DNA from: an uncultured Alphaproteobacteria bacterium
GTDB lineage: Bacteria; Pseudomonadota; Alphaproteobacteria; Methylaequorales; Methylaequoraceae
Assembly (NCBI GenBank): GCA_902563305.1
Contig: CACEWP010000003.1
Location: 35,951 to 99,950 of the forward strand
Direction: 5' to 3'
Length of the DNA stretch: 64,000 bases
The notes under the pieces were generated by a model. The model saw only the letters and a program-made list of their open reading frames with translations. It did no database searches and was not told the DNA's origin. A program made the position numbers and the translations under genes. Each line of letters opens with the position of its first letter. Positions within the stretch are counted from its first letter, which is position 1. Positions 21,064 through 31,300 of the stretch are shown here, in pieces.

Positions 21064-22569
21064 ATGAAAAATGAAAAGAAAATTTCAGCTTTCTTAGGTC
21101 CGACTAATACTGGAAAAACCTATTCTGCAATCCAGCGGCTCTACAAGTATAGATCAGGTGTAGTTGGTTTCCCACTAAGACTTTTGGCTAGAGAAAATTA
21201 TGAGTTTGCTAAGAACTTCTTACCAATTAATAAAGTTGCACTGATTACTGGTGAAGAAAAAATAATACCAAAAAATGCTAAATATTTTTTTTGTACAGTT
21301 GAATCAATTCCAGAAAACCTTGATTTTGAATTTGTTGCAATAGATGAAGTTCAAATGGCAGCTGATTATGAAAGAGGATATATATTTACAGAAAAAATTT
21401 TTAATAAGCGTGGTACTAAAGAGACTTTATTCTTAGGTTCCAGAAGTATAGAAAATATACTTTTGAAAATACACCCAAAGATAATAATTAACAAAAAGCC
21501 CAGATTATCAAAACTATCTTATATCGGTTATAAAAATTTGACTCGTCTTCCAAAAAGATCTGCTGTAATTGCATTCTCTCAGATAGATGTCTATGAAATA
21601 GCTAATAAAATCAAACAATCGCATGGTGGGGTTTCTATAGTTTTGGGTGCTTTGTCACCGGAAGTAAGAAATGCTCAGGTCAAATTGTTTGAAGATGGAA
21701 AGGTAGATTATATTGTAGCGACAGATGCTATCGGTATGGGATTAAATTTAGATATTAAAAATATTTTTTTTTCAAGTATTAAAAAATTTGATGGATACCA
21801 TGAAAGATTCCTAACATTTGATGAAATTTCTCAAATCTCAGGAAGAGCTGGAAGATTTTCGAATGATGGTTTTTTTGGTACCACATGTAATTTAAAAAAA
21901 CTTGATAACGAGACAGTAAACTTTGTAGAAAATTATGAATATACTGAAGTGAAGAAAATTTATTGGAGAAATCATAAACTTAATTTTAGTGAACCAAAAG
22001 AACTTGTAAAATCTTTATCACTAAAGCCGAAGGAAAATTATTTGAAGCTTAAAAAAGATGGAAGTGATCAGAGATACTTAAAAATTTTTCTTGATGATAA
22101 TGAATGTAAAATTAGAACAATAAATAAAAAAATTTTAAACATATTGTGGGAGGTTTGCAGTGTTCCAGATTATTCGAAAAATCTAGATGAGTATCATACA
22201 AGATTTTTAAAGAAAATATTCTTTTACTTAATAAATGAAGGTGAATGTATCCCTGAATCATGGGTGAAAAGAAATTTACGTGACATCAGTAGATTTACAA
22301 AAAAAATTTCCGAATTAAATTATAAAATCTCTCAAATTAGAACATGGTCTTTTATTTCATTTAAGAATAGATGGATTGAAAATAATCACAAATTTCAAAA
22401 TAAGGTTAAAGAAATTGGTACAAAATTATCCACAAAGCTTCATGAAGAACTTATTTTAGAATTTATAGGTGAATATAAAAACTTTGAAATGAAAAAATCT
22501 AAAAACCTAATACAAGAAAATAACGTTGTGAGATTAGAGGAAAAAAAGTTTTTTTTGGAAAAGAAATAA
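21064..22569 (+). CDS. SUV3/MgpS-like ATP-dependent helicase, N-terminal 495 codons of a frameshifted gene
   Basis: Walker A LGPTNTGKTYSA, DEVQ box AIDEVQM, motif VATDAIGMGLN, and the SUV3_C-like ILWEVCSVPDYSKNLDEYHTRFLKKIF. The zero frame stops at 22567-22569, just after an A7/T8 run. Confidence 0.85.
   Translation: MKNEKKISAFLGPTNTGKTYSAIQRLYKYRSGVVGFPLRLLARENYEFAKNFLPINKVALITGEEKIIPKNAKYFFCTVESIPENLDFEFVAIDEVQMAADYERGYIFTEKIFNKRGTKETLFLGSRSIENILLKIHPKIIINKKPRLSKLSYIGYKNLTRLPKRSAVIAFSQIDVYEIANKIKQSHGGVSIVLGALSPEVRNAQVKLFEDGKVDYIVATDAIGMGLNLDIKNIFFSSIKKFDGYHERFLTFDEISQISGRAGRFSNDGFFGTTCNLKKLDNETVNFVENYEYTEVKKIYWRNHKLNFSEPKELVKSLSLKPKENYLKLKKDGSDQRYLKIFLDDNECKIRTINKKILNILWEVCSVPDYSKNLDEYHTRFLKKIFFYLINEGECIPESWVKRNLRDISRFTKKISELNYKISQIRTWSFISFKNRWIENNHKFQNKVKEIGTKLSTKLHEELILEFIGEYKNFEMKKSKNLIQENNVVRLEEKKFFLEKK
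22542..22548 (+). other. A_AAA_AAG heptamer in the zero frame of the helicase (candidate -1 frameshift site or indel site)
   Basis: The zero-frame codons read gaA AAA AAG ttt ttt ttg. This is the same heptamer as the E. coli dnaX -1 slippery site. It lies inside the only 46-nt window (22524-22569) where both frames are open. Confidence 0.4.
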
Positions 22570-23408
22570 TTGGAAACTTAGCAGGCTTAAAATTTATTAT
22601 TAATGCAAATTTTAAAAGAAGTAAAAATATTTTTAACAACAAAATTTTAGATAAAAGTCTGAATAGTTTAAGTATTCAAATTAAAGATTATTTTGTAAAG
22701 TCAAGTTTGAGTTCATTTCAAATATTAATTGATGGAAAGATTATTTGGGAAAAAAATGTCATTGGATGTTATATTAAAGGTAAAGACTTATTTGAACCAA
22801 AAATCACCATTTACTTAGATGGGTATTTCATACAATTCGAAAAACAAATAAGAAATAAATTAGAACAATTACTAGATTTCTTGAAAAAAAATGAACTTCC
22901 CTTCTTTTTAGCGTTTAAGGAAAACAGAAAAATTTCTTTAGCCTCGAGAGCTATTAATTTTTGTTTACTAGAAAACCTTGGTCATTGTGAAAAAAAAAAA
23001 ATAGATAATTTTTTAAAGCAACTGACAGTTGATGAGTTTAAAAGATATAAAAATCTCGGTTTTAGGGTTGGAACAAATTTTTTTTACTTCAAAACAAATA
23101 AATTAAGTAATTTTAAACAGATGTTAATAAATATTTTTTTTAAAGTTGATATGAAGCATTTTATTACGGAATCAATTTTTATTTTCGATTCTAATAGAAA
23201 TGCCAAGAAGAGACTTTTACTATTTAAAAAGCTAGGTTTTTATTTACTAAAAATAGATAAACAACATTTTCTTATTCATTATGAATACTATGAAAAACTT
23301 ATTAGCAAAGTTTTCTTTTTCAAAAAGAAGCAAAAATTAACTTTTCTACCAAAAAATAAATTTGAAAAAATTTTTTTTAATAACCCTAGAACAATCGCTC
23401 TAAATTAA
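22548..23408 (+). CDS. SUV3/MgpS-like helicase, C-terminal 286 codons in the -1 frame
   Basis: The frame is open from 22524. Read-through after a -1 shift gives ...VVRLEEKKVFFGKEIIGNLAGLKFII...ILIDGKIIWEKNVIGCYIKGKDLFEPKITIYLD. These are two repeats of the pattern I recall from the C-terminal region of long alphaproteobacterial helicases. The track's TTG start at 22707 is probably not a real start. Confidence 0.7.
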   Translation, partial: VFFGKEIIGNLAGLKFIINANFKRSKNIFNNKILDKSLNSLSIQIKDYFVKSSLSSFQILIDGKIIWEKNVIGCYIKGKDLFEPKITIYLDGYFIQFEKQIRNKLEQLLDFLKKNELPFFLAFKENRKISLASRAINFCLLENLGHCEKKKIDNFLKQLTVDEFKRYKNLGFRVGTNFFYFKTNKLSNFKQMLINIFFKVDMKHFITESIFIFDSNRNAKKRLLLFKKLGFYLLKIDKQHFLIHYEYYEKLISKVFFFKKKQKLTFLPKNKFEKIFFNNPRTIALN

Positions 23409-23460
23409 AATGTAATGTTATTCTCTTGAATAACTTTCTTATCTGTTCTATATAAACCAT

Positions 23461-23799
23461 ATGCCTTATATTGTGAAAGATGCTTGCGTCAAATGTAAAT
23501 ATATGGATTGTGTCGAGGTCTGCCCAGTCGATTGTTTTTATGAAGGCGAAAACTTTTTAGTTATTCATCCCGACGAATGTATAGATTGTGGTGTCTGTGA
23601 ACCTGAGTGCCCAACTGAAGCTATAAGCGATGATAGCTGTGATGACGCTCAGAAATGGCTTGATATTAATAGGGAATACGCCGAAAAGTGGCCTAATATA
23701 AATAAGATGGGAACGCCGCCAGAAGACAGAGAAGAATGGAAGGATGTAAAAAATAAATTTGAGAAACATTTTAGTCCTAATCCTGGAAAAGGTACCTGA
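23461..23799 (+). CDS. fdxA: 7Fe ferredoxin (3Fe-4S + 4Fe-4S)
   Basis: 112 aa. [22 protein letters not shown] and [12 protein letters not shown] are the FdxA-type cluster motifs. Confidence 0.95.
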   Translation: MPYIVKDACVKCKYMDCVEVCPVDCFYEGENFLVIHPDECIDCGVCEPECPTEAISDDSCDDAQKWLDINREYAEKWPNINKMGTPPEDREEWKDVKNKFEKHFSPNPGKGT

Positions 23800-23870
23800 T
23801 TTTTTATCTTTTAATTCTTACAATATTAATATATAGTTCACGATTAATTTAATTTTATTGGAGACATTTT

Positions 23871-24371
23871 TTGAAAAAAAAAGAATTGGAGCTAGTTATT
23901 GGGGATATGGTTGTCTACCCTACATATGGAGTGGGTGAAATAGAAAACTTTGATTCTTATGATATAGACGGCTCAAAACAAGACTTTATATTAATTAATT
24001 TCAAACAAGATAAAATGAAACTGAGAATTCCCAAGGATAAGGCTTCAAGTTCTGGTTTAAGAAAGCTGAGTAATAAAAACAGACTTTCTAGAGCTCTAGA
24101 TGTTTTAATAGAAAAACCTGCAATTAAAAAGGACATGTGGATTAAAAGGGCAAAAGAATATGAAAAAAATATTAATAGTGGTGATCCTGTCCTAATTGCC
24201 GAAGTCGTTCGAGATCTTCATAAAAAAGAAGATTCCTTAGAACAACAATCTTATTCAGAGAGGCAAATTTATCTAACTGCATTAAATAGGCTTAGCAACG
24301 AATATGCGGCAGTTCAAAATTTAGAGAAAAAGTCTGCAAAGAACAAGCTTGAGGACTTACTTAATCAGTAA
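23871..24371 (+). CDS. carD: CarD/CdnL family RNA polymerase-binding transcription factor
   Basis: 166 aa with GDMVVYPTYGVGEIENF and RIPKDKASSSGLRKL. It has a TTG start preceded by GGAGA. Confidence 0.9.
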   Translation: MKKKELELVIGDMVVYPTYGVGEIENFDSYDIDGSKQDFILINFKQDKMKLRIPKDKASSSGLRKLSNKNRLSRALDVLIEKPAIKKDMWIKRAKEYEKNINSGDPVLIAEVVRDLHKKEDSLEQQSYSERQIYLTALNRLSNEYAAVQNLEKKSAKNKLEDLLNQ

Positions 24372-25801
24372 ATAGTTTTAATTTTATTGTTTGTTTCAAC
24401 TTTTCTGTTTTTAAGATCGTTAAGAGTCCTAAATATTTCTTCAGAGAACATTGTTTGAAGTTTTGATTTTGCTAAAATATCTTCAAGGAAATTAGAATTT
24501 GATGTTGCGGATATAACTTTAATTTCTGGTGCAATATAAAGCTTTAATTCCTCATCAGATATTCTCTTAAAACTCAAAACAATTTTTTTAAATTCTTTCT
24601 CATATGTATTCATCTCTTCTTTTGAAGTCATTAATAAAAACCTGTAGATCATTTTTTCATTATCATTAAGGGTTGCAAAAACGAAATATTTTTTATTTTT
24701 AATAAACTTACCCATTGTAATTTTAAAATTATTATTGGTAAAATTCTTAATATCCAATATTTTTTTTTTAGATATATTAACCCAACTGCTGACATAATTA
24801 ATATTATTTTCTTTAGATGACTGATCAAGATTGAAAATTACCTTGGTTTTTTTATCTGTTGTTCCTATCAGGGCTTTAGGGGTGTTTAAAAAATAAAAAA
24901 TGTTTCCAAAAGAAAATTTTATTTTTAATGGTTTATGTATAAAGCTATTTTTTATGAAGAACCCTTCCTCTTCTTTATGACCATAATTAATACCGTCAAT
25001 CTTTTTTAGAAATACATCTTTTCCAATTATTGGGTTTAATTGAGTGTTTCCTTTATAACTTTCAATAACTTCTTGAACTCGCTTTGAGGAATTCGGGTGA
25101 GTTTGTAGAAGTTCTGAAACTTTATTTTCAATTTTGTAGATTCTTTTTTGAATATTTGAGAACTCTTCCATTAATTTTAGAAAGCTTGCCATTTCTTTGG
25201 CATCAAATCCTGCACGATTCATATATCTGACCGCCAATTGATCAGCTTGATATTCTTGTGATCGTGAATAAGATAAAAGGTACAGTTGAGCTGACTGTCC
25301 TAAAAAATTATTAAGGAAAGCATTCTTTGAGAATATGTTTAGAACTTGAAGAAATAATCCTGTACCAACTGTCTTTGTATATCTTCTAGCAGTGTGTCTT
25401 GCAGTAATATGGCCAATTTCGTGTGCTATAACCCCAGCTAATTGCGCTTCGTTTTGACATAAATATATTAGCCCTCTTGTTAGGTATACATAACCTCCGG
25501 GTAAAGCAAAAGCATTTATTATTGGAGTATCTAATATTGTGAATGTAAATTTTTTTTCAGACAATTCAGATGTGCTTACAAGAAAATTGCCCAAACTTTC
25601 TATATAGTTTTTTAATCTTTTATTTTGATACTCTCCACCAAACTGAGTGATTATTTTTTCATGCTCGCTTTTGCCTATTGAATCTTCTTCAGCTTCTGAC
25701 AATAAGTTAAATTCATTTTGACCTGTCGCAGGATTTTTTTGACATGAATAGCTTAAAAAAGATATCAAAAAAATAGAAAATATAAGTCTTAAATATTGCA
25801 T
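24365..25801 (-). CDS. M48 family zinc metalloprotease, lipoprotein
   Basis: 478 aa with the lipobox-like LSYSC, the HEIGH zinc motif (AHEIGHITARH) and QEYQADQLAV. Confidence 0.85.
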   Translation of the reverse strand: MQYLRLIFSIFLISFLSYSCQKNPATGQNEFNLLSEAEEDSIGKSEHEKIITQFGGEYQNKRLKNYIESLGNFLVSTSELSEKKFTFTILDTPIINAFALPGGYVYLTRGLIYLCQNEAQLAGVIAHEIGHITARHTARRYTKTVGTGLFLQVLNIFSKNAFLNNFLGQSAQLYLLSYSRSQEYQADQLAVRYMNRAGFDAKEMASFLKLMEEFSNIQKRIYKIENKVSELLQTHPNSSKRVQEVIESYKGNTQLNPIIGKDVFLKKIDGINYGHKEEEGFFIKNSFIHKPLKIKFSFGNIFYFLNTPKALIGTTDKKTKVIFNLDQSSKENNINYVSSWVNISKKKILDIKNFTNNNFKITMGKFIKNKKYFVFATLNDNEKMIYRFLLMTSKEEMNTYEKEFKKIVLSFKRISDEELKLYIAPEIKVISATSNSNFLEDILAKSKLQTMFSEEIFRTLNDLKNRKVETNNKIKTIY

Positions 25802-25855
25802 TGAAGGTATTTATTTTTATGTGGTATCATAATTCTTATGTAATTATAATGTTTT

Positions 25856-26428
25856 TTGAGAATGTTTAAAATTTTGTTTATTTTATTGTTTCTGTCTTCT
25901 TCGGAACTTTTAGCTAATAAAAAAACTGGAAGATTATCTTTTGGAGGAGGAATCCATAATTTTATGAAAAATGGTTACTCAGTTTGTGTTCAACCGGGAG
26001 CTGGCGGATGTGATCCAAATTCAAGCACGAATGCAGTGCTTCCAGTTCCCTTTAAGGATATTTCAACTGTATTTAGTTTTGAGTATTTTGCAAAAAGGAA
26101 TATCTTTAAAATACTTAAACCATTCATTGGTTATAACCATACTACAGATGATGCAAGTTACAGTTATTTTGGTCTAAGTGCTGACCTTTTCTTTGGTGAT
26201 TGTAAATGTTACATAGTAACCCCAACTTTAGCGGCTGGTTGGTATATAAATGGTGATGAAATTAGGTTGGGTCATAAAGTTGAGTTTAGGAGTGGAGGAG
26301 ATATCTACTACAGATTCAAGAATAACGTTAGAATAGGTGTAGGTTTTTATCATATTTCAAACGCAGGTTTAGGTGATTCTAATCCAGGAGCTGAACAGGC
26401 TATACTTAAATATCAGATACCATTTTAG
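25856..26428 (+). CDS. PagL-like lipid A 3-O-deacylase / acyloxyacyl hydrolase outer-membrane protein
   Basis: 190 aa with a signal peptide, beta-barrel-like alternation and the C-terminal HISNAGLGDSNPGAEQAILKYQIPF (HxSN...NPG.E motif). The probable ATG start is at 25862. Confidence 0.7.
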   Translation: MRMFKILFILLFLSSSELLANKKTGRLSFGGGIHNFMKNGYSVCVQPGAGGCDPNSSTNAVLPVPFKDISTVFSFEYFAKRNIFKILKPFIGYNHTTDDASYSYFGLSADLFFGDCKCYIVTPTLAAGWYINGDEIRLGHKVEFRSGGDIYYRFKNNVRIGVGFYHISNAGLGDSNPGAEQAILKYQIPF

Positions 26429-26443
26429 TTTTGTTAGAGAAAG

Positions 26444-26971
26444 ATGTATAACTACAATATGAAAGCTTTTTATTTGTCTGTTGCGCTATTGATATCTTCT
26501 ATTAGTGTTAGTGCAGACGCCAAAGATTCTTCAAGATTTTCAATAGGTCTCGGAATTTTTAATTACATGGAAGATGGTTCTCCTCCTCATAATGATCAAT
26601 CAGGTATGATGAATTTTGAAATACATAGTGGTAGAAAAATGTTTAATTTAATAAAACCTTTCGCAGGATTTTTAGGTACCAACGAAAATGCTTATTATGC
26701 TTATGGTGGATTTGGGATCGATGGATATTATGGAAGAAAGAAAAATTTTATCATGACACCAAGTTTGGCTTGTGGATACTACAAAGATGGGAATGAGATT
26801 AAGGCGGGAAACCCTCTTGAGTTTTATATTGGTATAGATATGTTTTATAGATTTAAAAATAACGCTAGAATTGGTGTTGGTATTTTTCATATTTCTAATG
26901 CAGATAGTGGGAAGAAAAACCCAGGATCCGAAACTTTAGTTTTGAAATATCAAATACCTATTGGAAAGTAA
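26444..26971 (+). CDS. PagL-like lipid A deacylase paralog
   Basis: 175 aa, a tandem paralog of the preceding gene. It shares YRFKNN.RIGVG..HISNA..G..NPG.E....KYQIP. Confidence 0.7.
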   Translation: MYNYNMKAFYLSVALLISSISVSADAKDSSRFSIGLGIFNYMEDGSPPHNDQSGMMNFEIHSGRKMFNLIKPFAGFLGTNENAYYAYGGFGIDGYYGRKKNFIMTPSLACGYYKDGNEIKAGNPLEFYIGIDMFYRFKNNARIGVGIFHISNADSGKKNPGSETLVLKYQIPIGK

Positions 26972-26975
26972 ATAA

Positions 26976-27051
26976 GGTCTTATAGTTAAATTGGATATAA
27001 CAAATCCCTCCTAAGGATTAATTTCTGGTTCGAATCCAGATAAGATCGCCA
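26976..27051 (+). tRNA. tRNA-Arg (anticodon CCT)
   Basis: Hand-folded cloverleaf. The acceptor is GGTCTTA/TAAGATC and the D arm is GTTA-AATTGGATA-TAAC. The anticodon arm is AATCC-CTCCTAA-GGATT and the T arm is TCTGG-TTCGAAT-CCAGA. The discriminator is G and CCA is encoded; total 76 nt. Confidence 0.9.
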
Positions 27052-27061
27052 AGATAATGAA

Positions 27062-27667
27062 ATGAATGATGAGTTAAAAAATTTCTTCGAATCCCAAATT
27101 AGTGAACATTTACAAGTAATTAATAGAACAAAAACAACTGTTGAAAAAAACTTTCTGAATGTTTTGGAAATATGCCATGATTCAATTAAAAATGGAAATA
27201 AGATTATTTTTTTCGGTAATGGAGGAAGTGCAGCAGACGCTCAACATCTCTCTACTGAATTGACCGTTCGATTTTCTAAAAATAGGAAGTCAATACCCGC
27301 ATTGTCTCTAGTAACAGACACATCCACATTATCAGCAATTGGAAATGACTTTGGCTTTGAATCTATTTTTTCAAGACAGCTTGAAGCATTAGGGAAAGAA
27401 GGAGATGTTGTTATAGGTATTTCAACCTCTGGAAAGAGCCTTAATGTTATTAAGGGATTAAAGTATGCTAAACAGAATGGAATGAAATCAATTGCTTTAA
27501 CTGGAAGACACACAAAAGATGTTGAAAAAATAACAAATGAAATTATATCTATACCTGCTATTAATACATCAAGAATTCAAGAAGCACACATACTTATTGG
27601 TCAAATGCTATGTAATGCTCTTGAGTTTAAACTAGGATTATCACCTTTAGTAGACGAAGAACCTTAA
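27062..27667 (+). CDS. gmhA: Phosphoheptose isomerase (SIS domain)
   Basis: 201 aa with FFGNGGSAADAQHLSTEL and GISTSGKS. A DiaA-like function cannot be excluded. Confidence 0.85.
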   Translation: MNDELKNFFESQISEHLQVINRTKTTVEKNFLNVLEICHDSIKNGNKIIFFGNGGSAADAQHLSTELTVRFSKNRKSIPALSLVTDTSTLSAIGNDFGFESIFSRQLEALGKEGDVVIGISTSGKSLNVIKGLKYAKQNGMKSIALTGRHTKDVEKITNEIISIPAINTSRIQEAHILIGQMLCNALEFKLGLSPLVDEEP

Positions 27668-27673
27668 ACTACA

Positions 27674-28372
27674 ATGATTTTAAAAAAAATTTGCACAAAC
27701 TGCTTTATCATAATTTTTTTTTGTTTAATAACATCATGTAAGTTAGATAAAAACTACTTTCCTTACAACGAGGGTAGAAAAGTTTTCTATGATGTTTTTT
27801 TTCAAGATAAAGAAAAAAAAAAAAAATATTATAGACAAAGTTTTTTTTTCCTTCCTAGGATTGATAACGCTGTACCCGTACTAAAAAACGACGGAGAAAT
27901 CACTTTTTATGTTTTCGAGTCAAAAGGTATCTTAAAAATTAATAGAGAAGAATTTTTTTCATCTGAAAATACTTATGATTCAGAAAATGATAATAGTCAA
28001 TTATTAATAGCTTATCCGATCCATAAAAATACAGAATGGGAAACAAATGATAAAACTACTATTCAAATGAAGTTAGGATACGATAGATTTTACAACACAA
28101 ATTTACCATTCAAATTAAAGAATAAAATTGTGAGTATAGACGAGACTATATCAATTAAAGGAAAGAAAATAAAAAACTGCATCAAAGTTTCTGGATATGG
28201 AAAAACAAGCTACTACCCAGATCCAACTTTAGGTAACATAAATATTGAAATTTTCTCAACAACCTGGTTTGCAAAAGGTCTAGGGATGGTAAAATATAAA
28301 AGAGAGGAAAAATCGGACTCAGAAACTATGGGGAATATAATTTACGAAAAAACTATGTTAATAAATGACTAA
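27674..28372 (+). CDS. Hypothetical lipoprotein
   Basis: 232 aa with the lipobox LITSC after a hydrophobic N-terminus. It contains an in-frame A14 tract (KEKKKKYY). No family was recognised. Confidence 0.65.
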   Translation: MILKKICTNCFIIIFFCLITSCKLDKNYFPYNEGRKVFYDVFFQDKEKKKKYYRQSFFFLPRIDNAVPVLKNDGEITFYVFESKGILKINREEFFSSENTYDSENDNSQLLIAYPIHKNTEWETNDKTTIQMKLGYDRFYNTNLPFKLKNKIVSIDETISIKGKKIKNCIKVSGYGKTSYYPDPTLGNINIEIFSTTWFAKGLGMVKYKREEKSDSETMGNIIYEKTMLIND

Positions 28373-28397
28373 TTAACTATATAATATTTAGGGAAGT

Positions 28398-31300
28398 TTG
28401 ATTAATTTGATGAGAATGAATAAAAAAGTTAAATCAGGTCTATATGATCCTAAGAATGAAAAAGATTCGTGTGGAATTGGATTTGTTGCGAATATCTATG
28501 ACATACCATCCAGAACTATTGTGGAAAATGGGTTAAAAATACTTAGCAATTTAACTCACAGAGGAGCAGTTAGTGCAGATCCAAAAGCTGGAGACGGTGT
28601 TGGATTGTTGACTCAGATTCCACATCAATTTTTTCAAAAAGAATTATCAAAATACGATATCATTCTTCCCAGACCCGACGACTATGCTATAGGAATGCTC
28701 TTTTTACCAAGAGATGAAGAGGAAAAAGCGCATTGTATTAAGACAATAGATAAGCATTTAAATAATTTAAAACTTGAAAATCTGTATGTTAGAGATGTTC
28801 CTAGAAATGTTTCAGTTTTAGGTGACTCAATTAAAGGAAATGAACCATCTATTATACAAATATTTATAAAACAAAGATTTCAAGCAAGTAAAATTAATGA
28901 ATTTGAACAAAGACTTTTTATTGCTAGAAGAAGAATTGAAATAGAACTTAAATCTTTTGACTTTTATATTTCCTCTTTATCAAGCAAAACTTTAATTTAT
29001 AAAGGCATGATTATGTCTGATAGTCTCAAAGAATATTACGATGATCTTAAAGATGAAATGTTTATTTCGTCAATAGCTATTGTTCATCAAAGATTTTCAA
29101 CGAATACATTTCCCAGCTGGGAGTTAGCACAACCTTTCAGATTCTTGTGTCATAACGGCGAAATCAATACTTTAAGAGGAAATGCAAATTGGATGAACGC
29201 GAGAGCATGTGTATCAAATTCAGAGATTTTTCTAAAAGAATTCCAAAATCTTAATCCTTTGATTTTTGATGGCTTATCAGATTCAGCAGCTTTCGACAAT
29301 GCTTTAGAGTATTTGATGATGGGTGGATATGATATTGAGCATGCCATGATGCTTTTAATACCTGAGGCTTGGGAAAAAAATGAACAGAACCTTTTAATGA
29401 AAGATTATTACGAATATTATTCAAATTATATTGAACCATGGGACGGTCCAGCAGCAATGTGTTTTTCAAATGGTAAGAAGATTGGTGCAATTTTAGATAG
29501 GAATGGTTTAAGACCTTCAAGATATATTCAAACCGAAGACGGTATGATAATGCTTTCTTCTGAAATGGGAGTATTAGATATAGATCCAAAAAAAGTTGTA
29601 AAAAGATGGCGACTAGAACCAGGAAAGATATTTTTAATAGATCTTATGGAAAAAAGAGTTATCACAAATGATGAAATAAAACTCAAATTAGCAAAGAAAT
29701 TTGACTATAGAAAATCTTTAGACAGAAATCAGATTTTCTTGAATGAATTAAAAACCAAAAACAATGTTAAAGAAATTAATCAAGATGAGTTGGTTAAATT
29801 TCAAATTGCTTATGGTTATAATAAAGAGGACATAAATTTTTTTATTGAACCAATAGTCAAATTAGGTGTTGAGCCTATAGGATCGATGGGAACCGATACG
29901 CCAATCTCCCTCCTATCTGATCAATCAAAACTTTTATTTTCTTATTTTAAACAATGCTTTGCACAGGTTACGAACCCCCCAATTGATCCAATCAGAGAAG
30001 AGCTGGTGATGTCATTGGATATGACATTGGGAGAAAAACCCAATATCTTTGACACACCAGAGGAAAATATGAAATCCAGACTGGAAATCAGTCAGCCAAT
30101 TCTTACTAACAGTGAAACTCAAATAATTAAAGATCTTGAAAAGTTAACTAGAGGCAAAGTCAGAGCAGCAACAATAGATATTCTTTTCAAAAATTCTAAT
30201 AATTCAGATGAACTTAAAGACGGATTAGAAAGGATTTGCTTTGAGGCGAAATCTTTAATATCCGACGGGTTTAACGTATTAATTTTGTCAGATAGGAATA
30301 TTTCAAAAGTAAATGCTCCTATACCTTCGTTATTAGCAGTATCAGCTGTGCATCATTACTTGATTGAGCAGGGGTTGAGAATGAAAACAAGTTTAATTGT
30401 AGAAACTGGCGAGGCAAGAGAATTGCATCATTTTGCTGTTTTAGCTGGGTACGGAGCTGAAGCAATTAATCCTTACGTGGTATTCGAAACAATTTCAAGT
30501 CTAGTTCAAGAGAAAGATTATAAAATTTCAGAAAATAATTTTATCAAGGCTTCAGGTAAAGCCATCCAAAAAATTATGTCAAAAATGGGTATTTCAACTC
30601 TTAAGTCATATTGCGGTGCCCAGATATTTGATGCAATTGGAATATCTGAAGATGTGATAAATCAATATTTCCCTGGAACAGCTTCGCTTATTGGAGGATT
30701 AACTCTTAAACAAATTCAAGAAGAGACCATATCAAGATATTCAAAATGTTTTGTCTCTGAAGATAACAATCAATCACTCGATGAAGGTGGAGAATTTGCA
30801 TTCAGAATAAAAGGTGAAAAACATTCTTGGTCACCATCCAGCATAACAAATCTGCAAAAGGCAGTAAGAATTAATTCCAAAGAACACTTTAATAAGTTTT
30901 CAGAAAAAATTAATAATCATAATAGATCTATGTATACTATTAGAAGCCTTTTTGAATTCAATAAAACAAAAAAAATTCCTGTAGAAAAAGTTGAACCAGC
31001 TTCAGAGATTGTAAAAAGATTTTCAACTGGAGCAATGTCCTACGGCTCAATATCCAGAGAAGCACATACAACTCTTGCTCTTGCAATGAATAGAATAGGT
31101 GGTAAGTCAAATACTGGTGAAGGTGGAGAAGAGCCTGAGAGATTTATAAAATTAAAAAACGGTGATTCTATGAAAAGTGCTATAAAACAGGTCGCTTCAG
31201 GAAGATTTGGTGTAACAACTGAATATTTAATAAATGCTAAAGATATTCAAATAAAAATTAGTCAAGGAGCAAAACCTGGGGAAGGTGGACAGCTTCCTGG

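Noticed and set aside
22707-23408. The track ORF with a TTG start, taken as an independent 233-aa gene.
   Set aside because: Its frame is open 180 nt further upstream, into the end of the helicase ORF. The fused reading across the A7/T8 run gives continuous helicase-like sequence, so I treat it as the C-terminal part of the frameshifted helicase.
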